Source: Mustelus asterias (lineage: Eukaryota). Taken from it: a stretch of DNA of 64,000 nucleotides. The stretch covers positions 124,001 to 188,000 of the forward strand of contig NW_027590347.1 in the NCBI RefSeq assembly GCF_964213995.1. Reading direction: 5' to 3'. Position numbers and translations under genes: made by a program. Below the pieces are notes generated by a model. That model ran no database searches. It was not told the origin of the DNA and saw nothing but the letters and a program-made list of their open reading frames with translations. Shown here piece by piece: positions 51,788-62,640 of the stretch (within the stretch, counting starts at the first letter, position 1; the number at the start of each line of letters is the position of its first letter).

Positions 51788-51924
51788 AAACACAGAGAAA
51801 CAGATATTCTCACCCAGTAACACTCAGACGCACACAGTAATAAACACACACGGAAACATGTCCACACACACACACACACGCACACACACACAAACACACA
51901 CACACACAGATTCCTATTTTATTT

Positions 51925-52182
51925 CACACAATCGATTTGCGTCTTGAACATGCTGAATGATTGGGCTTCCACATCCCCCTGGAATAGAAAATTCCAAAGA
52001 TTCACCACCCTCTGAGTGAAGAAATTCCTCCTCATCTCAGTCTTCAATGGTCTGCCCCTGATTCTGAGATTGTGTCCCCTGGTTCTAGTCTCACCAGCCA
52101 GGGGAAACATCCAATCTACATCCACCCTGTCACAGCCTGTAAGAATTTTAAGTCTGTTTCAATGGGATCGCCTCTCATTCTT
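51925..52182 (-). mobile_element. CR1 LINE 3' fragment
   Basis: ORF MFPLAGETRTRGHNLRIRGRPLKTEMRRNFFTQRVVNLWN. Confidence 0.85.
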
Positions 52183-52283
52183 CAAGGGTTCAAGGCCGAC
52201 TTCCGGACTTGATGGCCATGGAAGGTGTGCTCATAACGGGGCCAAACAGCTGGATTACCAAACAGTAAATCCTGCCGGGATCA

Positions 52284-52785
52284 TGTATCAGTCAACTCTG
52301 CCCGAAACCACTCTCAGTTATTACAATCTGGGCCTGGTATCAGTAATCTCTGCCCGAAACCTCTCTCAGTTATTACAATCTGGGCCTTGTATCAGTGAAC
52401 TCTGCCCGAAACCTCTCTCAGTTATTACAATCTGGGCCTTGTATCAGTAATCTCTGCCCTAAACCTCTTCAAGTTATTACAATCTGGGCCTGGTGTCAGT
52501 AAACACTGCCCTAAACCTCTCTCAGTTATTACAATCTGGGCCTTGTATCAGTAATCTCTGCCCGAAACCTCTCTCAGTTATTACAATCTGGGCCTGGTAT
52601 CAGTAATCTCTGCCCGAAACCTCTCTCAGTTATTACAATTTGGGCCTTGTATCAGTAATCTCTGCCCTAAACCTCTCTCAGTTATTACAATCTGGGCCTG
52701 GTATCAGTAATCTCTGCCCGAAACCTCTCAGTTATTACAATCTGGGACTTGTATCAGTAATCTCTGCCCTAAACCTCTCTCAGTT
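52284..52785 (+). repeat. 52-bp tandem repeat, about 9-10 copies
   Basis: Unit CTCTGCCCGAAACCTCTCTCAGTTATTACAATCTGGGCCTGGTATCAGTAAT. Confidence 0.95.
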
Positions 52786-54920
52786 CCCCTGGATTCCTGC
52801 TCTGTAACATATCACTGTGTAATCTAACAATTAATCCAGTTCCCCTGGATTACTGCTCTGTGACATATCACTGTGTAATCCAACAATTAATCCAGTTCCC
52901 CTGGATTACTGCTCTGTGACATATCACTGTGTAATCTAACAATTAATCCAGTTCTCCTGGATTACTGCTCTGTAACATATCACTGTGTAATCTAACAATT
53001 AATCCAGTTCCCCTGGATTACTGCTCTGTAACATATCACTGTGTAACCTAACAATTAATCCAGTTCCCCTGGATTACTGCTCTGTAACATATCACTGTGT
53101 AATCTAACAATTAATCCAGTTCCCCTGGATTACTGCTCTGTGACATATCACTGTGTAATCTAACAATTAATCCAGTTCCCCTGGATTACTGCTCTGTAAC
53201 ATATCACTGTGTAATCTAACAATTAATCCAGTTCCCCTGGATTACTGCTCTGTAACATATCAGTGTGTAATCTAACAATTAATCCAGTTCCCCTGGATTA
53301 CTGCTCTGTAACATATCACTGTGTAATCCAACAATTAATCCAGTTCCCCTGGATTACTGCTCTGTAACATATCACTGTGTAATCCAACAATTAATCCAGT
53401 TCCCCTGGATTACTGCTCTGTAACATATCACTGTGTAATCTAACAATTAATCCAGTTCCCCTGGATTACTGCTCTGTGACATATCACTGTGTAATCTAAC
53501 AATTAATCCAGTTCCCCTGGATTACTGCTCTGTAACATATCACTGTGTAATCTAACAATTAATCCAGTTCCCCTGGATTACTGCTCTGTGACATATCACT
53601 GTGTAATCTAACAATTAATCCAGTTCCCCTGGATTACTGCTCTGTAACATATCACTGTGTAATCTAACAATTAATCCAGTTCCCCTGGATTACTGCTCTG
53701 TAACATATCACTGTGTAATCTAACAATTAATCCAGTTCCCCTGGATTACTGCTCTGTAACATATCACTGTGTAATCTAACAATTAATCCAGTTCCCCTGG
53801 ATTACTGCTCTGTAACATATCACTGTGTAATCTAACAATTAATCCAGTTCCCCTGGATTACTGCTCTGTAACATATCAGTGTGTAATCTAACAATTAATC
53901 CAGTTCCCCTGGATTACTGCTCTGTAACATATCACTGTGTAATCCAACAATTAATCCAGTTCCCCTGGATTACTGCTCTGTAACATATCACTGTGTAATC
54001 CAACAATTAATCCAGTTCCCCTGGATTACTGCTCTGTAACATATCACTGTGTAATCTAACAATTAATCCAGTTCCCCTGGATTACTGCTCTGTGACATAT
54101 CACTGTGTAATCTAACAATTAATCCAGTTCCCCTGGATTACTGCTCTGTAACATATCACTGTGTAATCTAACAATTAATCCAGTTCCCCTGGATTACTGC
54201 TCTGTGACATATCACTGTGTAATCTAACAATTAATCCAGTTCCCCTGGATTACTGCTCTGTAACATATCACTGTGTAATCTAACAATTAATCCAGTTCCC
54301 CTGGATTACTGCTCTGTAACATATCACTGTGTAATCTAACAATTAATCCAGTTCCCCTGGATTACTGCTCTGTAACATATCACTGTGTAATCTAACAATT
54401 AATCCAGTTCCCCTGGATTACTGCTCTGTAACATATCACTGTGTAATCTAACAATTAATCCAGTTCCCCTGGATTACTGCTCTGTGACATATCACTGTGT
54501 AATCTAACAATTAATCCAGTTCCCCTGGATTACTGCTCTGTAACATATCACTGTGTAATCCAACAATTAATCCAGTTCCCCTGGATTACTGCTCTGTAAC
54601 ATATCACTGTGTAATCTAACAATTAATCCAGTTCCCCTGGATTACTGCTCTGTAACATATCACTGTGTAATCCAACAATTACTCCAGTTCCCCTGGATTA
54701 CTGCTCTGTAACATATCACTGTGTAATCCAACAATTAATCCAGTTCCCCTGGATTACTGCTCTGTAACATATCACTGTGTAATCTAACAATTAATCCAGT
54801 TCCCCTGGATTACTGCTCTGTAACATATCACTGTGTAATCCAACAATTAATCCAGTTCCCCTGGATTACTGCTCTGTAACATATCACTGTGTAATCTAAC
54901 AATTAACCCAGTTCTCCTGG
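52781..54920 (+). repeat. 56-bp tandem satellite, 38 copies
   Basis: Unit CAGTTCCCCTGGATTACTGCTCTGTAACATATCACTGTGTAATCTAACAATTAATC; first and last heptamer positions 52813 and 54885 differ by 37 x 56. Confidence 0.97.
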
Positions 54921-54990
54921 TTTATGTTTCCCTGTATCAATGTGTAATGGAACCCACTCCTGATACCGTGATCACACAAACACGGTGAGG

Positions 54991-55006
54991 GCGCTCCCTC
55001 TGGTGG
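54991..55006 (-). promoter_or_regulatory. CTCF consensus site
   Basis: Minus strand CCACCAGAGGGAGCGC. Confidence 0.6.
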
Positions 55007-55055
55007 TGATCTGAGGTAAATGGCCTCTGCTTGGGAGATCAGTGAATTCTCAGAC

Positions 55056-55178
55056 TACTGGAGGATCTTGTTGCAGGAATACACTGCTGTATTTTTCTTA
55101 GGAATAAGAAAAATACTGTATTTTTCTTAGGAATAAGAAAAATACAGCAGCGTAATCCTGCAACAAGATCCTCCAGTA
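55056..55178. mobile_element. MITE-like palindromic element
   Basis: About 45-bp inverted arms TACTGGAGGATCTTGTTGCAGG... / ...CCTGCAACAAGATCCTCCAGTA with a duplicated central palindrome; TA at both ends. Confidence 0.55.
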
Positions 55179-55184
55179 ATTATA

Positions 55185-55550
55185 AATTGCCCCTCTGGAA
55201 CTTTTGTATCTCTCCCCTCTCACCTTAAACCTATGCCCTCTGCTTTTAGACTTCCTTATCTTTGGGAAAATATATTGACTATCCAGCTGATCTGTGCCCC
55301 TCATTATTTTATCGACCTCTATAACATCACCCCTCAGCCTCCTACGCTCCAGAGAAAAAAGTCCCAGTCTATCCAGCCTCTCCTTATAACTCAAACAATC
55401 AAGTCCCGGTCGCATCCTCGTAAATCTTTTCTGCAGTCCTTCTAATTTAATAACATCCTTTCTATAATAGGGTGACCAGAACTGTACACAGAATTCCAAG
55501 TGTGACCTTACCAATGTCTTGTCCAACTTCAACAAGACGTCCCAACTCCA
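55185..55550 (-). mobile_element. CR1 LINE fragment
   Basis: ORF SWDVLLKLDKTLVRSHLEFCVQFWSPYYRKDVIKLE...LERRRLRGDVIE. Confidence 0.9.
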
Positions 55551-56100
55551 GTGCTTATCTGAAATACGGCTGAAGGGGAAAATTATTAACCAATTTACAA
55601 TGTTTTTGACAGAATACATAAGACACTACAAACAAAGAGTTAAATGATTCTTGAAACAAGGATAATAAGGGAATGAAACAAATACTTTACAAATATGTGG
55701 ATGCAATAAGAGAATTAAATAAATAACTATGCTTATCTTAGAAATCTTAGAAACTCTACAGCACAGAAAGAGGCCATTCGGCCCATCGAGTCTGCACTGA
55801 CCACAATCCCACCCAGGCCCTATCCCCACATCCTTACATATTTAGCCACTAATCCCTCTAACCTACGCATCCCAGGACACTAAGGGCAATTTTTCAGCAT
55901 AGCCTATCAACCTAAGCCGCACATCTTTGGACTGTGGGAGGAAACCCATGCAGACACGAGGAGAATGTGCAAACTCCAGACAGTGACCCTAGCCGGGAAT
56001 CGAACCCAAGTCCCTGGAGCTGTGAAGCAGCAGTGCTAACCACTGTGCTACCGTGCCGCCTTATAAATCATGTATGCTCATATTTTAAATGTAATTTATG
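55551..56100 (+). repeat. Left copy of a ~215-bp direct repeat (right copy 58391-58607), split by an HE1-like SINE (-, about 55735-56060)
   Basis: GTGCT(T/G)ATCTGAAATACGGCTGAAGGGG...AATAACTATG and TATGCTCAT..TTTAATGTAATTTATG are shared by both copies. Confidence 0.85.
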
Positions 56101-56121
56101 CTTACTTTGTTCTAAGTTAAA

Positions 56122-56420
56122 GTTTATTTATTAGTTACATTTAGACTTACATTAACACTGCAATGAAGTAGCTGTGAGAGTCCCCCAGCCACCACACCCT
56201 GGCGCCTGTTCCGGTACACAGCGGATGAATCTGGCAAGGCCAGTGCACCGAACCAGCACGTATTTCGGAATGTGCGAGGAAACCAGAGCACGCGGAGGAA
56301 ACCCACACAGACACGGGGAGAACGTGCAAACTCCGCACAGACAGGGACTCGAGCCTGGAACCGAACCCAGGTCCCTGACGCTGTGAGGTAGCAGTGCTAA
56401 CCCACTGTGCCACCGTGCCA
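56122..56420 (-). mobile_element. HE1-like SINE
   Basis: Reverse-complement head GCAGTGCTAACCCACTGTGCCACCGTGCC, core and tail. Confidence 0.85.
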
Positions 56421-56776
56421 CTTATGGTCAATATGGGAATGTGGGCATCTGCAATTTTAGTCCACCGTCAAAACAGGACATCAACATTGTAAAGAGTTAC
56501 AAGCCTCAGAGGATGGTTAGACACAGGAATTGAATCAGTTGTCAGAGAGTGGTGTTTGTGACAGGGACTGATTGATATGTTCTATGAATTCACTCACGTT
56601 TAATCCAGCAGTGGCTGGAGAACAAGTAGCAATGGCTTTGGAATAATTGAAATCTGGAGGTGGTGAATAGGCAGATCAGGTGGGTTTCAGTCGGGTTTCA
56701 GTCACTGGTTGGATCGGGAATAGCTTTTTATTTGCAGTCCACTCGGTAACGTCTTTCTCCTTTTATTCTCTTCCAG

Positions 56777-57690
56777 CCAACTTGGTGGCGATCATCATCC
56801 TATCCCGTGGACGGTGCGGACTCTCCCAGTGCATCACTTACTACCTGGTGGCGATAGCGGTGACTGATTTCCTTGTCATGGTTACCACTGTTATCCTCAA
56901 CCGGATCGGTGGCGTTTATTTCAGGTACAGTGTCCTATCTACCACCCCCCGGATGAGCTGTCAGCACTGTGCTGGTGTCTGCAACTCGGGATGGTTCAGT
57001 CTGGCTGACAGTGGCTTTCACCTTCGACCGTTATGTGGTGATCTGCTGTCAGGAACTAAAGGCCAGATGCTGCACTGAGAAAACAGCGTTGCTGGTTTTC
57101 GGACTTGTCTGTACTCTAAGCTCCGTGAAGAACATTCCATTCTACTTCACCTATCAGCCCCTGTACATCCTGGACGGGGGGCCCTGGTTCTGTGATATTA
57201 TGTCCAGCTATTACTCTGCCCAGCTGGCAGGCCTATGACTGGCTGGACCATATATTAACGCCCTTTCTCCCATTCCTCCTCATTCTGATTCTCAACGCTC
57301 TGACCGTCAAACACATTCTAGTCGCCAGCAGAACCCGCAGGACGCTTCGGAGCACCGAGAATCACGGGAGATCCAGAGATGGCAAACCGCAGGAGATCCA
57401 TTGTCTTGCTATTTGCCATCTTGCTCAGTTTCCTCCTCCTTTGGGTCACCGAGGTCGGGCATTTCCTCTACGTGCGGCTTACGGCTCAGGCTTACTTCAC
57501 CGGCCTGGATTTCAATGACCCACACTTCATCCTTCAAGGAACTACAAACATGCTCCAGTTACTCAGTTCCTGCAACAGCAATTTTATCAATGCAGTAGCC
57601 CAAACGAAGTTCAGAAATGAGCTGAAGAAGGTTCTGCTTTTGCCCTTCTCCACTTTCACCAGTTGGTTTCGGTTGGACCGGATTTTATGA
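56777..57690 (+). pseudogene. Rhodopsin-class GPCR pseudogene, GPR139/GPR142-like main exon (end of TM1 to TM7)
   Basis: TTCCAG acceptor then NLVAIIILSRGRCGLSQCITYYLVAIAVTD (TM1-2), SVWLTVAFTFDRYVVIC (DRY), LTPFLPFLLILILNALTV (TM5), RRSIVLLFAI..SFLLLW (TM6), LQLLSSCNSNFINAVAQTKFR (TM7). Split over four frames by frameshifts near 56950, 57220 and 57365; no first exon found. Confidence 0.9.
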
Positions 57691-59099
57691 TCCAGATAAT
57701 GACCAGTAATGCTTTGTTGACAGAAGTCAAGTTTGAAACCCTACTTGCTTACTCAGAGGATACCAACACAATGTCTCCCGTTCTTACACAAATAAAATAA
57801 ATGTTGCCATGTAAAGTCAGAAACATAAAGCCATTTACAACACCGATCTCACCCAGCAGCGTTCAGAGTTAACATATGGTGTATGAGGAGTAACGGATGA
57901 AAAGTTATCTGCAAAACAGTACTGCACATTAAATGGCAGATGGGAACAAGGCAGATCCCATGGGATTTCCGTGATTTCAGGTGGATGGTGTCAGAGAGAA
58001 CAGAACAGGGAGAGGGGGTCCCTGGGGGTGATGCTCAGTGAATTCTGGGCATTAATATCAGGGGGAATGGATCTGATCAGGGAGAAATGCATACGATAAA
58101 CAGAAGGCACTGGGAGACGTTTCATGGTTACGACCAGACAGTCAGTGTGTTTCCTGGACAGTGGAGTCTTTTTCTATGTCATGGAGCAGTAAGAGAAAAA
58201 ATCTGTCTTTGTGTGTTTTAACCAATTGTGAAGCTGAAACATCTGTATCAGAAGGCCCCAGCCTCGGAGATTAAGTAGTTAATTGTATCAAATGGGCCCC
58301 AGCTTTTTCAAACTTCTGCGTTTTATTTCCTCTCTGGTCAATCCCAAAGATCCCAATCTAGTCATAATTTGAAAATTTGTAATCGATGATGTGCTGATCT
58401 GAAATACGGCTGAAGGGGAAAATTATTAACCAATTTACAAGGTGTTTGACAGAATACATAAGACACTACAAAGAGTTAAATGATTCTTGAAACAATGATA
58501 ATCAGGGAATGAAACAAATACTTTACAAATATATGGATGCAATAAGAGAATTGAATAAATAACTATGATTATAAAACATATATGCTCATCTTTTAATGTA
58601 ATTTATGTATTGAATGAATTATTGTTCATTTCAACCAAAAGCAAGTCACTGTCAGGTATGATGATAAATCGAAGAGTTGAGAGCCAATGGCCTGGGAACC
58701 TTAGCAGTTGCAGAATTAATATCTGAAAGTTCCTGGCGAGGGAACGCATTTTGCAACTTTATGAATGGGGACATTCAATGTTTAGACATAGAATGGATCG
58801 TACTGGGACTCAGGATCACGTGTCGATCCAGTTTTGGAAATGAGCCGGTGGGAATGTTCATTTTGACCTCCTCACACAGAGGTACCTGCCTCGTGAGTTT
58901 TATATTGTCTGTAGTTAACGACAGTATTGGTCATCTCAAATTATCCCACAACACAATTATCAAAGCGGGAGGACCCACGCACACCGACACTCTCACAAAC
59001 ACACTCACTGCAATCAGTTGCACAGAGCCCGGGTTCCCTCTCCCCTTCTCAATCTCTGACTCACTCCGTTCCCATTCAGTGAGATAGATTCACTCAGAC

Positions 59100-59614
59100 A
59101 TGTTTCTGATCTTCCTGGCGGCGCTCTTGCACAGTAAGTACTGGGGTAACGTACATCAAGCCAGATAAATGCATTAACACACATACATGGTAATATAATT
59201 AACCATCACAAATATCGATGTGAGGGGTGAATGGGGGGGGGGGGGGGTGGGGGCGGGCGCTGCAGAAACGATCGCAGATACAAACATTAACTCTTGATAT
59301 TTCATTCCTCTACCTTCACAGGCGGACTGTGCGCGGATCCAGTCGCACAGTCATCGCTGCCAATAACCGCATCAGAAGGGGATTCAGTGCAGTTGGGTTG
59401 TGAATATACAGACAAGGATATGTACAGCATGCAATGGTATCAGCAGAAACCGACACAACCAGCGACATGGATTATTACCAAAGCATTAACAGTGAAGGAA
59501 GATGAAGTTTCAGGACGGTATCTGGCGGCTTCTGACGCGTCCAAACAGAACGGTTACCTCAACATAAGCGCCCTCAGTGTGGAGGACGGGGCGGTCTATT
59601 ACTGTGCAGTGAGG
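59100..59614 (+). CDS. TRAV: T-cell receptor alpha/delta-type V gene segment V1 (leader exon 59100-59133, V exon 59322-59614)
   Basis: Leader MFLIFLAALLH, GTAAGT..CAG phase-1 intron, V domain with Cys23 (LGC), WYQQ and DGAVYYCAVR, directly followed by a 23-RSS. Confidence 0.93.
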
Positions 59615-59653
59615 CACAGCGTTAGATTAAAGCTAAAACCCCGTACAAAAACC
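59615..59653 (+). other. 23-RSS of V1
   Basis: CACAGCG + 23 nt + ACAAAAACC. Confidence 0.95.
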
Positions 59654-60584
59654 TCAGCGAGTATTTACAGCTCCATTAAGTTTCCTCCTGCGCGAATGGT
59701 TTGACCCGGGTTCACGAAGACAGTCATTTCTATTTAGGGTGGAGCCGACGGGATGATTGGATATCACCTGAAGACTCTGTCAGGAATAAGCCAATAAGCA
59801 GATGGTGTTGTCTAATATTCTCTTAATTCTCGATCCAGTGATCTCAGCTCTTCCTCCCATTGATTCTGTAGATGTGACATCAGACTCGCCTCATCCACTG
59901 CTCTCAGCTTTATCTTGTTCGATATTCTTCAACTTTCGGAGACACAAGTCCCTGGAATCCAGGAGCAGCAGCAGCGATGCGGATCTCCGTTCTCGCTGTT
60001 TTCTGGGTGACATTCATTGTTTAAAACTTGAAAAAGAGTAAAAAGAAGTTTCATTTATGGAAGAATAAGTTTGAAAAGCAGGCCTTTCATGTTAAACAAG
60101 TATTAGACCTGCCTTAGAGCACAAATGAATCTTTGTTTGTGGCTTTGGTCTTTTGGAGAACAGATTCTAAAAGCGCACAGCAAAGGCGATTTAAAGAGTT
60201 GGTCCCAGGGTTGGAAGATGAGAGCTATCAGAAAGCATGATAAAAATTGTGATTACTCTCTCTCTGGACGAGAAGACAACCAGGTAATCTGACTGATTTC
60301 TGGACAATGATGATCAAATCAATTTAAATAATAATAAATCAAATCAAAGAGATTTAGTGTGTTTGACACCAACTGCTCCTTTCTATCGACAGAGCGTTAA
60401 AGAGGAGTGAAAATGAGAAAGAGAAACACTGATGTTGCGGGCATCTGTCGACAGAGGCCCAGCAATGTGCATTGCAATAGCAGTGGAATAGGCTGGCAAA
60501 TTGTCCTCTCGATTCGCACTTGGTGAAAACTTTAAGCGGAATGTCCTTCAGCAAAGCAATCATCGGCATTGACAAAGAAAAGCA

Positions 60585-60656
60585 AGGTCCTGCGGAGATT
60601 TGAACTCAGATCGCTGGGTTCAAAGTCAAGAGTAATACCCATTACACCACAGAACC
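60585..60656 (-). tRNA. tRNA-Gln(TTG), probable pseudogene
   Basis: GGTTCTGTGGTGTAATGGGTATTACTCTTGACTTTGAACCCAGCGATCTGAGTTCAAATCTCCGCAGGACCT; acceptor stem pairs, two mismatches in the anticodon stem and one in the T stem; TTTT terminator just downstream. Confidence 0.85.
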
Positions 60657-60857
60657 CAGAAAATCGCAAACAGATGCAAATGACTTATGAAACACGACTA
60701 CTTCTGCTGATATCTCCCGGTACGGCTTGCGAAGGAAATGATTTGCTATAGATTTGGAGGGCTGTGTTGTTCACTGGATTTACTACAATAAAGTTTATAA
60801 AATGTCTATCTCTTTGATGAAGCACAGGCGACAAACTGTCAGGACTGCTCCTCTATC

Positions 60858-60896
60858 GGTTTTTGTACGACTCGTATTGATCTTTACAACACTGTG
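60858..60896 (-). other. 23-RSS of V2
   Basis: Minus strand CACAGTG + 23 nt + ACAAAAACC (perfect consensus). Confidence 0.97.
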
Positions 60897-61415
60897 CCTC
60901 CACTGCACAGAAATAGGTAGCAGTGTCTGTCACCCGAGTGTCGCCGACACTCAGAGCGCTTCGTTTCTCTGCAACAATGTTCCGAGCCCTGATCCTGCCC
61001 TGATCGCTGGTACCGCTCACCAGGTGCTGCACGGTTCGGTCCGGGTATTGTCTGTACCATTGTAGGACCCGTCCAGCTACTGTAGTGGAACAGTTCAACG
61101 ATGCCAGGTCTCCCTCGGTAACCACCACAGACTCTGGGGACTGTGATACCTCTTCACTACCAGCGGCATCTGGGAAGGATATGTAGATATGCAACAACAT
61201 CATAAAATTAAAATCTCATACTGCAATACAATGTTGCACAATAAAGTACAATTGGACGCATAATACAAGATAACACAACAAAACAGAATACTATTTAACA
61301 GAACATAGCATCGCTAATGTGTGAAATATCGCTGTCAGAAATAGCGACCACACTTACACTGAGGGAAGAGTAAGAAATCCAGGGAGATGATCACTGAAGC
61401 GAAGCTGAGCTTCAT
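60897..61415 (-). CDS. TRAV: T-cell receptor alpha/delta-type V gene segment V2 (leader exon 61415-61358, V exon 61169-60897)
   Basis: Leader MKLSFASVIISLDFLLFPQ, GTAAGT..CAG phase-1 intron, VSQSPESVVVTEGDLASLNC, WYRQ, DTATYFCAVE, 23-RSS. Confidence 0.93.
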
Positions 61416-61559
61416 GTCGGATCCTATCGACACTTGTAAAACAGTTGTAGGAAGATCTCAGGACAGGAAAAGCTCCTGGGAAAGCAAAGCTATTGGACAT
61501 GAATCTGAGCCCAACACCAGTTATACTCTCGCGACCAGAGCTGGGTCTCTGGGACTTTT

Positions 61560-61655
61560 GATCAGGAAGTGAAATAGTGAGGGAGCTCCAGCATCGATAG
61601 GGTGTGGGGGAGGAGCGTGCGCAAGGGTCAGAGCATCCCGCATTGTGACGTCAGA
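61560..61655 (-). promoter_or_regulatory. V2 promoter elements: CRE and ETS/IRF-like site
   Basis: TGACGTCA at 61646-61653 and GGAAGTGAAA at 61565-61574, 150-240 bp upstream of the V2 ATG. Confidence 0.55.
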
Positions 61656-61697
61656 GCAACAGGCATTGTTTCCCCTTGTGTTTCAAGGGGACTTAAA

Positions 61698-62640
61698 ACT
61701 TGAGACGGCGCAGGCGTGCGGTGGGATCCCGCCCGAGCGTTCCCCTGTTCGGGCGGAATTCCACATTGGCCCAAAGCCTCAGCTCCCTCCCCTGGGTGAG
61801 GGACCCCACAGCCTGAGCCGCCTCGCGGAAATGCCCTCCGTGCCTTTTTCTACCGCGCGGAGGCGTTTCCTGTGCGGGCTGCTGCTGCACACCCTCCACT
61901 ACTGCCTCCTCGCCTGTCGCCCGGACACACCTTGGCGGGCCTTGTTGCCGCCGGGCGGCGGAGGTCCCCGCTGGAGGTCCCTCTACGGAGGGATCTCCCC
62001 CAATTACGTCGGGGACCTGGGGTGGAGGGTGACGCATGCAGCAGTTCCGCACAACCGTAGGATTCACTGGTTCACGGGCTCCGAAGACTGCCCTTTCTGT
62101 GGCCTTGTGGAGTCCGTGGACCATGTCTATGTTGTGTGTCTTAGGCTGCACTCCCTTTGTGTTTTCCTGAAGAACCTTTTATTGATGTTTTGTTTGCACT
62201 TCAGTCCCACGCTCCTGATCTACGGACACCCGGTGCGGAGAGGGGGAGGGTCGGGATGGCGACCTCCTCGTGAACCTGCTCCTGGGCCTGGCGAAACGCG
62301 CCATTTACCGGTCCAGGCAGCGGGCGATCGAGGGGGCCGTCCATCCTGACTGTCTGCCCCTCTACCGCGGCTACGTTCGCGGCCAGGTGTCCCTGGAGAG
62401 GGAGCATGCGGTGTCCACGGGCGAGGTTGACGCTTTCCGCGCCCGCTGGGCACCGCAGGGGTTGGGGTGCATTATTGACCCTAATAACTACATTTTAATT
62501 TGATGTTTTTAAGTTTCCTTTGCATTTTGATTTCTGTTCGGGCTGTTCCCCCTCCTTTTTGGGGAGCTGCCCCTTTTACTTTGTCCTGATTTAATTTGAG
62601 TTTGTTTACTTGGTTTGACCTAAAAAGAAAAAAAAAAAAA
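61698..62640 (+). mobile_element. 5'-truncated L1/Tx1-clade non-LTR retrotransposon (ORF2 C-terminal zinc knuckle, 3' UTR, poly-A)
   Basis: WRSLY..DLGWRV.H..CPFCGLVESVDHVYVVC..LLLGLAKRAIY; one frameshift near 62250; A-tail 62622-62640; TSD (AA)GGGGACTTAAA at 61685-61697 and 62639-62651. Confidence 0.88.

Noticed and set aside
52284-54920. CRISPR-like regular repeat array, or tandem TCR J segments
   Set aside because: No unique spacers and eukaryotic context; no FGxG motif or proper splice donor after the heptamers.
60674-60681. Octamer ATGCAAAT suggesting an Ig V promoter
   Set aside because: It lies downstream of both V1 and V2 and is not upstream of any leader exon; probably chance or tRNA-related.
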